Source: Callorhinchus milii (taxonomy: Eukaryota). From it: a stretch of 64,000 nucleotides of DNA. The DNA lies in contig NW_024704761.1 in the NCBI RefSeq assembly GCF_018977255.1, forward strand, positions 3,286,001 to 3,350,000. The letters are read 5' to 3'. Positions 14,001-25,100 of this stretch are shown here, piece by piece. Positions within the stretch are counted from its first letter, which is position 1. Every line of letters starts with the position of its first letter. The notes below the pieces were generated by a model. It had not been told where the DNA came from. It saw only the letters and a program-made list of their open reading frames with translations, and did no database searches. A program made the position numbers and the translations under genes.

Positions 14001-14643
14001 AGGATGTCCCAAGGCACTGGACAGTGAAATATTTGCATCCGAGCTGGGTCTTTTAGTCAAGAGCGGTGGAGGGCAAGAGGAGTGGGAGGATGGATGAAGG
14101 CACGGTCAAAGAGGTATTTCTTGGGACCGATGGTAGAGAGGGTGGGGGGGGTTGGTCATGTGTGACAGGGACAGATTAGCGGAATACCCAAACTGGGCAT
14201 CTGACATGGGCAAGTCTTTCATTGTTCGGCGATAACATCCCATTATGTCAAACTGGGGGCAGACCTCAAGAGGCTTTTTTTTTTGTGTGTGTGGGGGGGT
14301 GGGCAAACCAAAGTGGGGTGGGGGGGTCAAGAGGGGGGGGGATTGTGGGAGAGAACAAACATGTAAAAGAAAAGCAAAAGAGCAAGGGTGGAAAACAAAC
14401 AGCCAGAGCACCAACCTGGACGGGAAGTCCTGCTATCTCGGCGTAGGCTAAGGCTTGGGGAACCACAGTCAGTCCCACCGTCACACCCGCCAGTAGGTCC
14501 ATGCGCAGCCAGTGGCTGGAGTAGCGGGGCAGCCAGCCCAGTATCGGGAACACAGCCCGGAAGGTTCCGTAAGAGCAGCATTTCCTCAGGCTGGCAATGG
14601 CTGCACCAAACAGGCATCTCGCTCGAATCCTCGCTCGGTCCAT
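5037..14643 (-). CDS. SLC26A11: Sodium-independent sulfate anion transporter (SLC26/STAS), 16 coding exons, about 602 aa
   Basis: Exons in transcript order: 14643-14416, 13642-13450, 13145-13060, 11898-11819, 11394-11252, 11143-10968, 10357-10285, 10000-9950, 9836-9776, 9425-9370, 8996-8856, 8481-8354, 7567-7468 (GC donor), 6880-6747, 6168-6084, 5110-5037. Motifs DLLAGVTVGLTVVPQALAYAEIAGLP, YGLYSSF, NQELIAIG, YPVTGSFGRTAVN and STAS VILDC..SSIDYT. The 6084 donor is weak, so the last junction is less certain. Confidence 0.93.
6590..6711 (-). other. SLC26A11: Duplicated copy of the SLC26A11 last exon; candidate alternative terminal exon
   Basis: 6648-6718 matches 5047-5117 with 8 mismatches in 71 nt; acceptor ttttacag is retained; frame open to TAA: (D)YYIEDLGRSEKPLLFNRNLTFNVQGCLFQAIQTTIFYRM*. 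Confidence 0.6.
7195..7295 (+). mobile_element. CR1-like LINE 3' end fragment; similar copy at about 36400-36495
   Basis: gaagacgaactagacggaccttgggc...tttcgtctagcatttcttatgttctta, recurring in the window. Confidence 0.5.
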
Positions 14644-14663
14644 TGCTCTCCCTCCTCTCAGCC

Positions 14664-14678
14664 TCAGGAGCCGGTCAT
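14664..14678 (-). other. 4-codon upstream ORF (MTGS*) in the SLC26A11 5' UTR
   Basis: aaaccATG ACC GGC TCC TGA ends 20 nt before the main ATG at 14643, in the same predicted exon (acceptor near 14714). Confidence 0.55.
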
Positions 14679-14855
14679 GGTTTGTTCACGCAACCGCTCC
14701 TCCGAGAGGCCACTGTGCAATAGGGACACGCACGGCTCCAGGCGTGACCGAGGGCTCTGGGCACGAGACACAGGTGCGGTTAACTTGGTGGGGACCACAC
14801 CTCAAATATACATAAAATACAAAATACTGCAGGTGCTGGAAATCTAAAACAAACA

Positions 14856-14909
14856 CAGAGAGGGCTGGGAACACTCACCTGACCTGCTGAGTGTTCCCAG
14901 CCCTCTCTG
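14856..14909. repeat. Perfect 22-bp inverted repeat with 10-nt loop, probably a remnant of a palindromic element
   Basis: cagagagggctgggaacactca / tgagtgttcccagccctctctg. Confidence 0.85.
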
Positions 14910-15492
14910 ATTTTGAGTCAAATATACACGGTTATTCCACATGGGGGGGGTGGAGAGGGGGAGAGATTTGGAGACTTTTTTTAAAAAATATATCATTCCT
15001 TATTTTTTTAGATCAACTTTCAAATAGTCAGGACTATTCGCCTCCACCGTCTCCCACACGATTAGACGCAACTGATCCAAACACCTTCCACGAAGCGAGA
15101 CTTGGGGGGGAGATTCCTGGGACACGCGAAAGGGAAATGCAAATAACACAGAGGAAGAAAATATCCGGGAAAGTTGCCCGGATACGTCGAGGAAAGGAGG
15201 AGGAGGAGGAGGTGGTGGAGGAGGAGGAAGTGGTGGTGGGGATGGGGAGGAGTTCAGAAAATACTTTTGATTTAGGGCAGAGGGGGGAATGAGAAGGAAA
15301 GGTTTGCGGGGACGAAAAGAAGCCAATGTGTACAGGGCATCGGTGTCCGTGAATGTCCACATATATATATTATATATAATAAATAAATCAAAGTGTTTAC
15401 AACGAAAAAGCGTCGGGAACCCCCTTTGAGACTTCAGCTGAGAAGGAAGGAAATAAGTGTCACAGTCAATAAAAACTCTGGAGTCAGTGAGA

Positions 15493-15740
15493 GGTGGGGG
15501 GGGGGGAGAAGTGGGGGGGGGGTGAGGGGAAGTGGGGGGGGGTGAGGGGGAAGTGGGGGGGGGTGAGGGGGAAGTGGGGGGGGTGAGGGGGAAGTGGGGG
15601 GGGGTGAGGGGGAAGTGGGGGGGTGAGGGGGAAGTGGGAGGGGGGGGAAGTGTGGGGGGGAAGTGGGGGGGGAAGTGGGAGGGTGAAGTGGGAGGGGGGG
15701 AGGGGGGGAAGTGGGAGGGGGGGAAGTGGGGGGGTAAGAG
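15493..15740. repeat. G-rich minisatellite (gggggggtgagggggaagt-like units), G-quadruplex-prone
   Basis: Direct inspection of tandem G-run units. Confidence 0.85.
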
Positions 15741-15864
15741 GGTGAATTAATTCTATTACATTCCCCCCCAAAAAACCCCCCCACAGGTGCTGCTAAATTC
15801 ATATACCAACCAGAGCCCCACACGGCCGGAGATGGGGACAGTCGGTGCAGACAGAAGTGATTTG

Positions 15865-16010
15865 GAGGGGGCGGGGCCGGGGGAGGGAGGGGCGGGGCCG
15901 GGGGAGGGAGGGGGCGGGGCAGACCGCGTCACGTGACCGTCTGGTCACACGGCGACAAAGTATCCATTTTCACTTCCGGGAAAGCAATGCGGAGTCACGT
16001 GTCAGTGTTC
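15865..16010. promoter_or_regulatory. Bidirectional SLC26A11/SGSH promoter with GC boxes, CLEAR E-boxes and an ETS site
   Basis: Repeated GGGGCGGGGC; perfect GTCACGTGAC at 15928-15937; GTCACGTGTC at 15994-16003; CACTTCCGG at 15971-15979; CpG-rich; lies between divergent genes. Confidence 0.8.
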
Positions 16011-16293
16011 AGCCGCCGCCGTCTCTAATGCCCATTGACGCCGGTGATGAAAAGGGCCTTTCATTGACTTTAAAGGGCCGCCTTCCCGTCACGCTCGGTC
16101 CCAACCCATCAGCGGATTGGCACCCAACCCCCTCCCCCCCCCACTGACCCCCCTCCCCCCCCCACTGACCCCCCACCCCCACCCCCTCCCCCCCCCCACC
16201 ACAAGCTGCGGATTCATTCAGTTGCATCTGTCAATGTTGTTATTCCTCAGTTAAGCGGTGCTGTGCTGTGTTGTGTTGTGTTGTGCCTTCAGG

Positions 16294-19200
16294 ATGTTTG
16301 GCTCGTGGCTCCGGGTCAGCGCCTGTGCTGTTTCCCTGGTGCTCCTCCTGGGCTCTCATGCCGCCCAACAGAAGAGGAATGTGCTTCTGATCGTTGGTGA
16401 GTTAATACTGCGACAGGATTGCTTCACCCACCCCACCCCGAGGTGCGACCGAGGCGGTCCCATCAACCTGTTCGGGTGGATGGCTCGAGAGCCCGTTGGC
16501 GGTATTTCGGTGCGCTGGCCAACAGCCCACCGAATAAAGTTGGCCGCTCACTCCGTAGCTGCTTGTGGGACGTTGCTGTGCACGAGTTGTCCGGCCGTGT
16601 TTGCCAACAAATACACAGTCACTCCATTTCGCGGTAAATCCTGCGAAGCGCCTTGAGACGTCCTTCCGAGACGTGATAATGCTCAACACTAAATGCAAGG
16701 ATTACTATTCCAAAACAAGGGTTCATATGCTGCGCCACCACCCCACTGCCAATTTGTGATAGAGGTGACAGGTGTGATGCCCCATCCCCTCACACAATCA
16801 TTCCCTTTTTGCAAGCCCAGGGCCAGTGAGGCCATTCTCACTGTGTAATACTCCCCCAGCCCAGTCTCTCACAGTGTCACCACTCTCCTCCGGCTCCTAC
16901 GACTCGTGGGGATGTGATGAGGTTGTAGCCCGTGGGAGTTGGGGAGTCAGCGGGTTAGTGTGATTGACAGCTGACTTGTACGTGTGATTGACAGCGGATG
17001 ACGCCGGCTTCGAGACAGAGGTGTACAACAACAGCGCAGTGAGGACGCCGAGCCTAAGCCAGCTCGCCTCCCGCAGCGTGATATTCCGCAATGCCTTCAC
17101 CTCCGTCAGCAGCTGCTCCCCAAGCCGGTCCACCATCCTAACTGGACTCCCACAGGTACCGTCACTGCCTGACTCTGCACAATCTCCCAGCCCCCCACCC
17201 TCCTCCTGGTTCCTCCTGGCTGGAGCCACACTGATCTGTTCTTTCTGCTCCCACCCTCTCAAACTCCATCCCACAGTCTGTCTGCCTCAGCCCCCTAACT
17301 TTCCTCCTCCAAGGCCAGGCTCAAGACCCTCCTCTTGGACTGCGCCTTCAGTCACCCTCCTACCCCCACCTTGCTCAGGCTATACTGTAAAGTGGAGTGA
17401 CTGCATATTTTGTGGGAGAAATCCCGTGTTTCTGCGCCCTCGCTCAGCCTCGCCTCCTCTTGCAGCACCAGAATGGGATGTACGGACTACACCAGGGAAC
17501 CCACCACTTCAACTCCTTCGACAACGTCCGCAGTTTACCGCAGCTGCTCAGCCAAGCTCACATCAGGACAGGTTGGCGAGAAAAAAACTTTTTTTTAATA
17601 TATACACACACACACACACTCGCCTCATTTCCCGCTGAAACTCCTCGAAGAACTTTACAGCAATTCCTGCGACTGTGACGACTCTTTACAGACAAAAGCA
17701 GAAGAGGAGGAGCAGAAAGAAGGTCCTGCAAACAGTCACAAAGTGAACAAGCAAATGTTCCATTCTCCACGAGGAACAGTCAAAACACATTCAGAAGAAC
17801 GTGTGTGTGTGTGTGAGAGAGAGAGACAGAGACACACGCACACATACCCACACGCACAGCCAGCAACAGCAATAACAACAATTTGCGCTTACACAGCATC
17901 TTTCATGTAGGACAATATCGCAGAGTGCTTTACGGAGATTTGGTGTCAAGACACTCAGCAGGGAGGGTGGTGATCGTAGACACGGCCGAACAACGAGGCA
18001 GGATTTTTTCAGGAGGAGGCTTTTATCTACAGATAGATAAAGTGGGGAGCGAGTGAGTCGGAGGGAGTTTCAGTGATGGGGGGTTTGCAGTGGTCAGCGG
18101 CTGTCACCAGTTACCGGCAGCGAGCTCTGGTTTAATTGCCCGCCGGCGCCTGTCTCTGTTTGAAGGTATAATCGGGAAGAAGCACGTGGGGCCGGCCTGG
18201 GTTTACCCGTTTGACTATGCCCAGACCGAGGAGAACCACTCCATCCTGCAGGTCGGGAGGAACATCACGAAAATCAGACAGCTGGTGCGGGACTTCCTAC
18301 ACAGCTCCGATCCCAGGTGAGTCTCGCTTGTGGAGTTCTGTAGCTCAGGGATTAGAGCGCTCGCTTCGCAAGCAAGACCACCCGGGTTGGATTCCCAGGC
18401 AGGGCAAAACCTTAGGCAAGTTTCCTTACTCCACACGCCTCTGTTAACCCAACAGTAAATAGGAACCCGGTTGTTTGTCAATTGGCGGATCGCTTTCCGG
18501 GGGTAATAATCCCACCCAGAAAAAAAAATGGTCACTCAATCCAAAACCCGTTTTGCTCTGCGCAGTTTGGGTGCCGTGTTTCACCCACAGTATATATAAA
18601 TATATAGTCAATTCACTTTACAGTATATTCTTCAACGATGTGATAAGGCACCATATCAAATGCAAGTATTATTACACATCTCCCCCAACGCTCCTGCACT
18701 CTAACAAACCTCCTTCATTCCCTCTCTCTCTCTCTCTCTAGTCCCTTCTTCCTCTACGTAGCTTTCCACGATCCCCATCGCTGTGGTCACTCCCATCCCC
18801 AGTACGGACCATTCTGCGAGAAATTTGGGAACGGGGAGAGTGGGATGGGCTGGATCCCGGACTGGAAACCACAGCATTACACCCCGGAACAAGTCAAGGC
18901 GAGAAAGAACAAAGTTACACTTTTTTACAGGCAGCTTATCCCATCTCAAAACACTTCCCGCGATTCACGTTAAAGTGTTGTGACTACGTGCTTTGTAGGT
19001 GACTAAACAAAGCCAATTTGCACAGAGCGAATGTTCCACAAACTTTGAGACGTTGCAACGATGTGATAAGGCTCTGTATTCAAATGCAACGATTGTCATT
19101 ATTGTAAGGTGGGGGGAGAACATTCCGACAGGAGAGTGACTGATGTGCCTCTCATTCTGCGTCTCTCTCCAGGTCCTGCACTTTGTTCCTGACACACCGG

Positions 19201-20817
19201 CCGCCCGCGCTGACCTGGCCGCTCAGTATACGACAATCAGCCGCCTGGACCAAGGTAACCTCCCACGACACATTGACACAGCGACCGGCAGTAAGTCTCT
19301 TCCCCCTCCCCACCCTGGTTGCCACAGTTCCCCCAACCCCCACCCGGCTCACTGCAGCGAGTGACTGCGCGTTGCCCTATCGTGTCTCCGTGCTGCGTTG
19401 TTGCTCACGTTCCAGGTCGCGCCTGAAGACCTTCCTCTTCGACTGTGCCTACGGTCACCTCCTCTTCCCACGGGCTCGGTGTCAGGCTCCGCCACTGTCA
19501 AGCGCTCCGAGACACAACCCCAAGTGAAGGGTGCTATCGAAATGCGAGTTGTTGTTGCTGACGTTTCCTGTTCGTGGCCGGGGCAGGGATCGGGCTGGTG
19601 CTGAAGGAGCTGCGGGAGGCCGGGCACCAGGATGACACGCTGGTCATTTACAGCTCCGACAACGGCGTCCCCTTCCCCAACGGCAGAACCAATCTGTACC
19701 GGAGCGGAGTGGCCGAGCCTCTGCTCGTCTCGTCCCCCGAGCATCGCCAGCGCTGGGGGCAGGTCAGCGCCTCCTACACCAGCCTGCTCGGTAATCAGCC
19801 GTCACAATAATCCTGGCTAATAATAACAATAATAATAATATTCCTGGCTGTACAGCGTCGCAAGCAAGAGGACACGGGTTCGATTCCCCGGGCAGGACAA
19901 AACCTGTGCGCAATGGGCTGCCGTGTCTAACACACGCGGGAACCCATCACCGTGTTTGAGAGTATCCAAACCAAGCTGCGAATTCCGGGTGTCCCAACGA
20001 CACATGGAAAATTCCAGAGATAGATTGTTGGAATGGAATGCGCTCTCTCTCTCTCTCTCTCTCCTTGGAGGACACATCCTGTTTACCCAATTCTGGGAAG
20101 TATTAGGCGCAGTTTGGCAAGAGCCAAGCCTTGGGTTGCCCAGAATGTGCGTCCCCGTGCTATAGACGCTGGTGGTGGGACCCACCCCAAGCAGACGCTT
20201 ACTGTTTTAACCGTCTCTTTCCTGGTGTTTTCAACCCCGCAGACATAACCCCGACGATCCTGGACTGGTTCTCCATCCCTTACCCGGCTTACTCCATATT
20301 CGGGAAGGGCACCGACGTGCAGCTGACGGGAAAATCCCTGCTCCCGGCTCTGGTGTCGGAGCAGCCGTGGGCGACGGCCTTTGGGAGCCAGAGTCACCAC
20401 GAGGTCACCATGTACTACCCGATGCGAGCGGTGCACAGCGGCCAATACCGGCTCCTCCACAACATCAACTACAAGATGCCCTTCCCCATCGACCAGGACT
20501 TTTACCTGTCGCCCACCTTCCAGGACCTGCTGAACAGGACCGAGTCGGGGAGACCCACCCACTGGTACAAGTCGCTGGCTGGCTATTATTACCGGCAGCG
20601 CTGGGAGCTCTTCGACCTCGACACCGACCCCACCGAGATCCACAACCTGGCCGAGGACCCCCAGTACCAGGACACTCTGGCCCAGTTGAAGGGGCAGCTG
20701 AGCAAATGGCAGTGGCTGACCTCGGATCCCTGGGTTTGCGCCCCGGACGGTGTGTTGGAAGACCAGGGGGATTACAAACACGACCCTCAGTGTCGGCCGC
20801 TGCACAATGACCTCTGA
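16294..20817 (+). CDS. SGSH: N-sulphoglucosamine sulphohydrolase (sulfamidase), 8 exons, about 512 aa
   Basis: Exons 16294-16396, 16995-17155, 17466-17571, 18166-18316, 18742-18898 (GC donor), 19173-19254, 19587-19790, 20243-20817. Signal peptide, NVLLIVADD, formylglycine motif [31 protein letters not shown]-terminus CRPLHNDL*. Confidence 0.96.
18336..18675 (+). mobile_element. tRNA-derived SINE, older copy
   Basis: tRNA-like head (gtagctcag...agagcgctcgcttcgcaagc...gttggattccc) and shared tail ending atcaaatgcaagtattatta. Confidence 0.75.
19955..20125 (+). repeat. Unclassified interspersed repeat; other copies at about 26665-26880 (-), 28350-28530 (+) and partially 37870-37910
   Basis: Shared blocks gagtatccaaacc...attgttggaatggaatg(ct)n...ttggcaagagccaagg. 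Confidence 0.65.
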
Positions 20818-20939
20818 GCTGGGGTATTGCCACCCGCGGGCGGGAGGGGAGGGATGGGGGGGGGGGGAGAAGGAGAGATTGTAAAATATGTTTCTAAAAG
20901 TGTCACAAAGGCGGCTGGCGCCTTCAAGAAGTTCGACCT

Positions 20940-21210
20940 TCGCCCGTGCACCTCACGGTCGGAGGCGCCGTCCTTCGGATGAGACCTGTTCGTACCTGTT
21001 TCAGGCCGAGCGTTAAAAGATGCCGCGAGAATATTGGAAACGAGAAGGGAAGATTCTCCCAGTGTGCTGACCGAGAATCCGGGGGGGGCGGGGGGGGGGG
21101 GGGGAAAGGTGGTCACTCGCTCACTTTACTTCGCCACATTTTCCCACAAAAAACGGTCCACGCCACTTGTGACTGTAAAGCGCTGTGATATCGTAAGGCG
21201 CTGGAAAATC
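20940..21210 (+). mobile_element. Deu-domain SINE fragment
   Basis: gccgtccttcggatgagac...ttaaaagatgcc core followed by a degenerate shared 3' tail. Confidence 0.6.
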
Positions 21211-22734
21211 GAGGCGAAATAATTCTTGTGCTGTCAGCATTTTAGACCGGACAAGGCAGCATTAATACCAGAGGATGGCCCCCGGAGGGCGCTACACGAC
21301 AGCCTTATCGGCGACTTTCGACACAGGTTTTTAGGAATAAGAGACTTTAGTGGGAGATCTTTAAGATTAGAATCTTTGCCTTTAACCGATCGGGAATGGG
21401 AAGCGGGGAAAGAGCAAAAAAAAAAAAACAATGGCATTAGAGTCCAGCATTGATGACAGCAACTCGCATGTTCGATGGGAATGACAATAATAATAATCCT
21501 TACATTCGATGTAGCGCCTGATCGCGTCATTGAGACATCACGAAGCGCTTCACAGAAATATATTGTGAAGTGACTGTATATTTTTGTGGGCGAAACGTGG
21601 CGGCCAGTTTCACGAGCAGCCGTTTTGTTACAAGAGGTTTTTTTTGTTTGAGGGATTGTTGGCCTGGACAGTGGGAGAAACTCCGCTCTCCAGAATCCAA
21701 TAATACTTAAATAGAAATACAAGACAGATGGGATCACAGGGGCAGAAATTCCATTTCACCTCGGTCTCGATTTGCTCTATTCATAACGTGGCATTTCAGA
21801 GCATCTGGGATTCAGCAAATTCTCTAACATTGCCTCAATTTTGAAGCCATGTTTCTGTACGTTTCTTTTAAGAACCGGGGGTGGGGGGGGGTGGGGGGAG
21901 AACAGACAAAAAAAAATAGAAAGTGAAGAGTGAATTCAACAATTTGCTCAATCTTTGGATGTTCCGAAATGCTGCATAAATAATAATGATCCTTATATTT
22001 AATATAGCGCCTTATCACGTCCTTGAGACAGAATCATTCTAGACCCGGGTGGAATTCTCCACCTTACAACATACAAGCAAAGACACGCCACACACATATA
22101 CACGCAGAATAGCAACAAGAACAAAATTATATTTGTACAGCGCCTTTGACGTTGGTAGGACATCGCAAGGTGCTGGACAGTGGAGGCTTTGTACCAGAGC
22201 TGGGGGTTGATAGTCGATTGAAATGTAATATTTCTCAATAAAGGGATTGCGATGTACAAACTGGTTGTGTTTAATCTCTCGGGGCAGGCTGGGCGGTGAG
22301 GAGTACGGATCACGTTGCTCACGGCTACATTTAATCTCTACCATCTAATAAAAGGAGTAGTAATGCCATCTGCTATGCAAATCGCAACTGCCCGCAGTCA
22401 GAGCGAGGTAATTCCATTTGATAGGGGTAATGGAGCAGAACGGCAGCAATATGAAACTTCACACAGAGGTGTAGAGAGATTAGACACAGCGTCTCGCTCA
22501 CCACCCTGCGTCTTTACTAACAAGATATTAACCAGTTACAGTCAGAGCACGGTTACTGGTAACTGACATCCCCCCCCCATCCATTCCTTCTCTCCACCTG
22601 ATCTACTGCTTGAACAACCTGTTTATTAATATAGCAGGACAGCGTCTCACAGCGCTTAAAGCATTAAAATAAAACTCCCATATGTCTGATCTGTATGAAT
22701 TCTACAATCCAACTCGTATTAAATGTATACGACT

Positions 22735-22871
22735 GAGAGGAGGGGGCTGGGAGAGGGGCATTTAAATAGAGCTGGAGATGAGCGTTTGCTTCACATTCAC
22801 AGCTTTGCATTTGGTGCAGGAAGCAGCGAGAGAGAGACAGACAGAGAGAGACTTGACTTCACAGTAAAGTC
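22735..22871 (+). repeat. Exact 137-bp duplicate of the NPB core promoter/5' UTR (23677-23813)
   Basis: Identical from gagaggagggggctgg to cacagtaaagtc, including the TTTAAATA box. Confidence 0.9.
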
Positions 22872-23676
22872 TCTGGTGTGGCATTCATTACTAATTGTTA
22901 TTAATAATACTAATTATTCTTAAGCATGTGCACTACTCTTACATCTCCCAACTCTTCTCTTTACAGTAACAAAAGCCCCTCCCATTTACAAACACTCAAA
23001 TTGCTAAAAAATAATCCTCGAAGAAAAGGAAATGAATAAACACCCTGAAAATCAGAAGCCATAAATATAAAAATAACCAAAACTTTCTCTCCCTGTAACC
23101 AGGAACAGATGCCGAGTGATGGGTTTGATGCCTTCATCCCCCTCTCTCTGTATTCGCCCACAAAATAGTCAATTCACCTTACAGTATATCCTGTGAAGCG
23201 CTTTGAGACGTCTCGAAGACGTGATAAGGCGCTATATCAAATGCAAGGATTATTATTGTTATTTCACTCTTTTTATAATTCATCTTTTTGCTCCTGTCTT
23301 TATTTCCTTTCTTGCCTCTAATCCGAGTGCCTTCTCCCTCTCAGTCAGAAATTACCCTTCGAACTGCCCTGTCCAAGAAAAGTGACTATCACTGAGGTGA
23401 CGCTTAAATGATTAAAATTCTAATGCATCTGAGAATCACAAAAAGCTGGAGGGGCAGAGAGAGAGAGACGGGGGAGAGAGAGAGAATATGTATACACACA
23501 GTATATTAAAAAAAATCTAAACGAATATTCATCCCCAGTTTGTTAATTGGAGATTTTAATCGCCCACAACGTGTCAGGGTGTCTGGAGAATGCAGATTAA
23601 CTATGCATCAGATGTGACGGAATTGTCGTCAATAAATGGAAGTGTGTGTGGCGGGGGGGGGGGGGGGGGGGGGCGG

Positions 23677-23813
23677 GAGAGGAGGGGGCTGGGAGAGGGG
23701 CATTTAAATAGAGCTGGAGATGAGCGTTTGCTTCACATTCACAGCTTTGCATTTGGTGCAGGAAGCAGCGAGAGAGAGACAGACAGAGAGAGACTTGACT
23801 TCACAGTAAAGTC
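23677..23813 (+). promoter_or_regulatory. NPB: NPB core promoter and 5' UTR
   Basis: TATA-like CATTTAAATAG near 23701, downstream of a G-rich/GC-box tract, about 105 nt upstream of the ATG. Confidence 0.55.
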
Positions 23814-25100
23814 ATGCTCGCCCTGGAATGCTCAGCCAGAATGGCTGTTCTGAGTGTGCTGTTCTCCTCGCTGATCTGCAGCCCCGCTGACGCCTGGTAC
23901 AAGCAAACGGCTGGTCCCAGTTACTACTCCGTGGGTAGAGCTTCGGGTCTCCTCTCGGGCATCCGTCGCTCCCCCTATGTGCGTCGTTCCGAGCCCAGCG
24001 AGGGGGCAGAGACAGGTGAAGGCCACCTGTACCCTGAGCTGACACAGCCTCAACAGAGCACGCTGATCAAAAACATGGTGAGTATAGATTCCCTCTCCAC
24101 AAACAATTCCTCATTTCATTGAGGAATCCTGTAGTGCAGTGGTTAGAGCAAGCGAGAGGACCCGGGTTCGATTCCCAGGCAAGTTTCCTTACTCCACAAC
24201 GCCTGTCTACCAGCGAATCACTTTTTGGGGGTAATAATCCCTCCGAAAAAATTGGGTCACTCAATCCACGGCTGTTTATGGGACACTACTGTGTGCAATT
24301 GGCTGCCATGTTTTGCCCACAAAATACAGTCAATTAATTCACTTTACGATATATTCTGTGAAGCGCTTTAAGACTTCTCAACGATGTGAAGGCACTACAT
24401 CAGGTGCAAGGATTATTATAATCATTATTATATCACTCAGTCAGTCAGTCAGTCGCAATCTCATCAGCACCTTGAATAAGATTAGTCTCAAATCAGCTAA
24501 ACTAAGTATTTCAGTCTATTTCACATTTAAATACTGTGGTTGATTTTTAAAAAAATAGCCTGCAGTTTAAACCCAAAAAATCTACGAGACCACAATGTTA
24601 AAGTTGATAAATATTAATTTTAAATACTGTTCCGATTTGGGGAGGGAGGAAAAAATCACTATATATATATATATTAAGACCATGAGTGAGAGGAAATTTT
24701 TATATTTGGGTTTTTGTTTTTGGGCGTTTTATTAATTTCAAATTGATTAATTTCATTTTTGGAGTTTTATCTTTTTTAAAAAAAAGCTATTTCGATGCCA
24801 CAATATGAGCTACGAACATAACCAGGGATTGTTACAATTGGCACTTAAGTTTGGAAAAAAGGGAGGGAATGGTTATTGAAACTATTTTATTACTTTTATG
24901 TAAATAAAGGCACTTGTATTAAACACGAGTATTATTTTCGTTGCTGATTTTGCCTTTGCTCTGGTTTGCAGGCTGTGTGTGTGAAGGACATCTCTCCAAA
25001 CCTGCAGAGCTGTCAGCTGCTGCCCGACAACCTCAACACTTTCCAGTGTAAAGCAGACATTTATCTGTCGCTGGGCTCGCAAGACTGTGTTACTGCTTGA
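23814..25100 (+). CDS. NPB: Neuropeptide B precursor, 2 exons, about 130 aa
   Basis: Exons 23814-24077 and 24972-25100. Signal peptide ends SPADA; mature peptide [29 protein letters not shown] then RR; Cys-rich C-terminus [30 protein letters not shown]. An alternative ATG lies at 23841. Confidence 0.93.
24125..24430 (+). mobile_element. tRNA-derived SINE in the NPB intron
   Basis: cctgtagtgcagtggttagagc...gggttcgattccc head and caaggattatta tail. Confidence 0.8.

Noticed and set aside
20083-20833. 240-aa and 122-aa minus-strand ORFs and a 147-aa alternate-frame ORF
   Set aside because: Shadows of the GC-rich last SGSH exon with no recognisable protein features.
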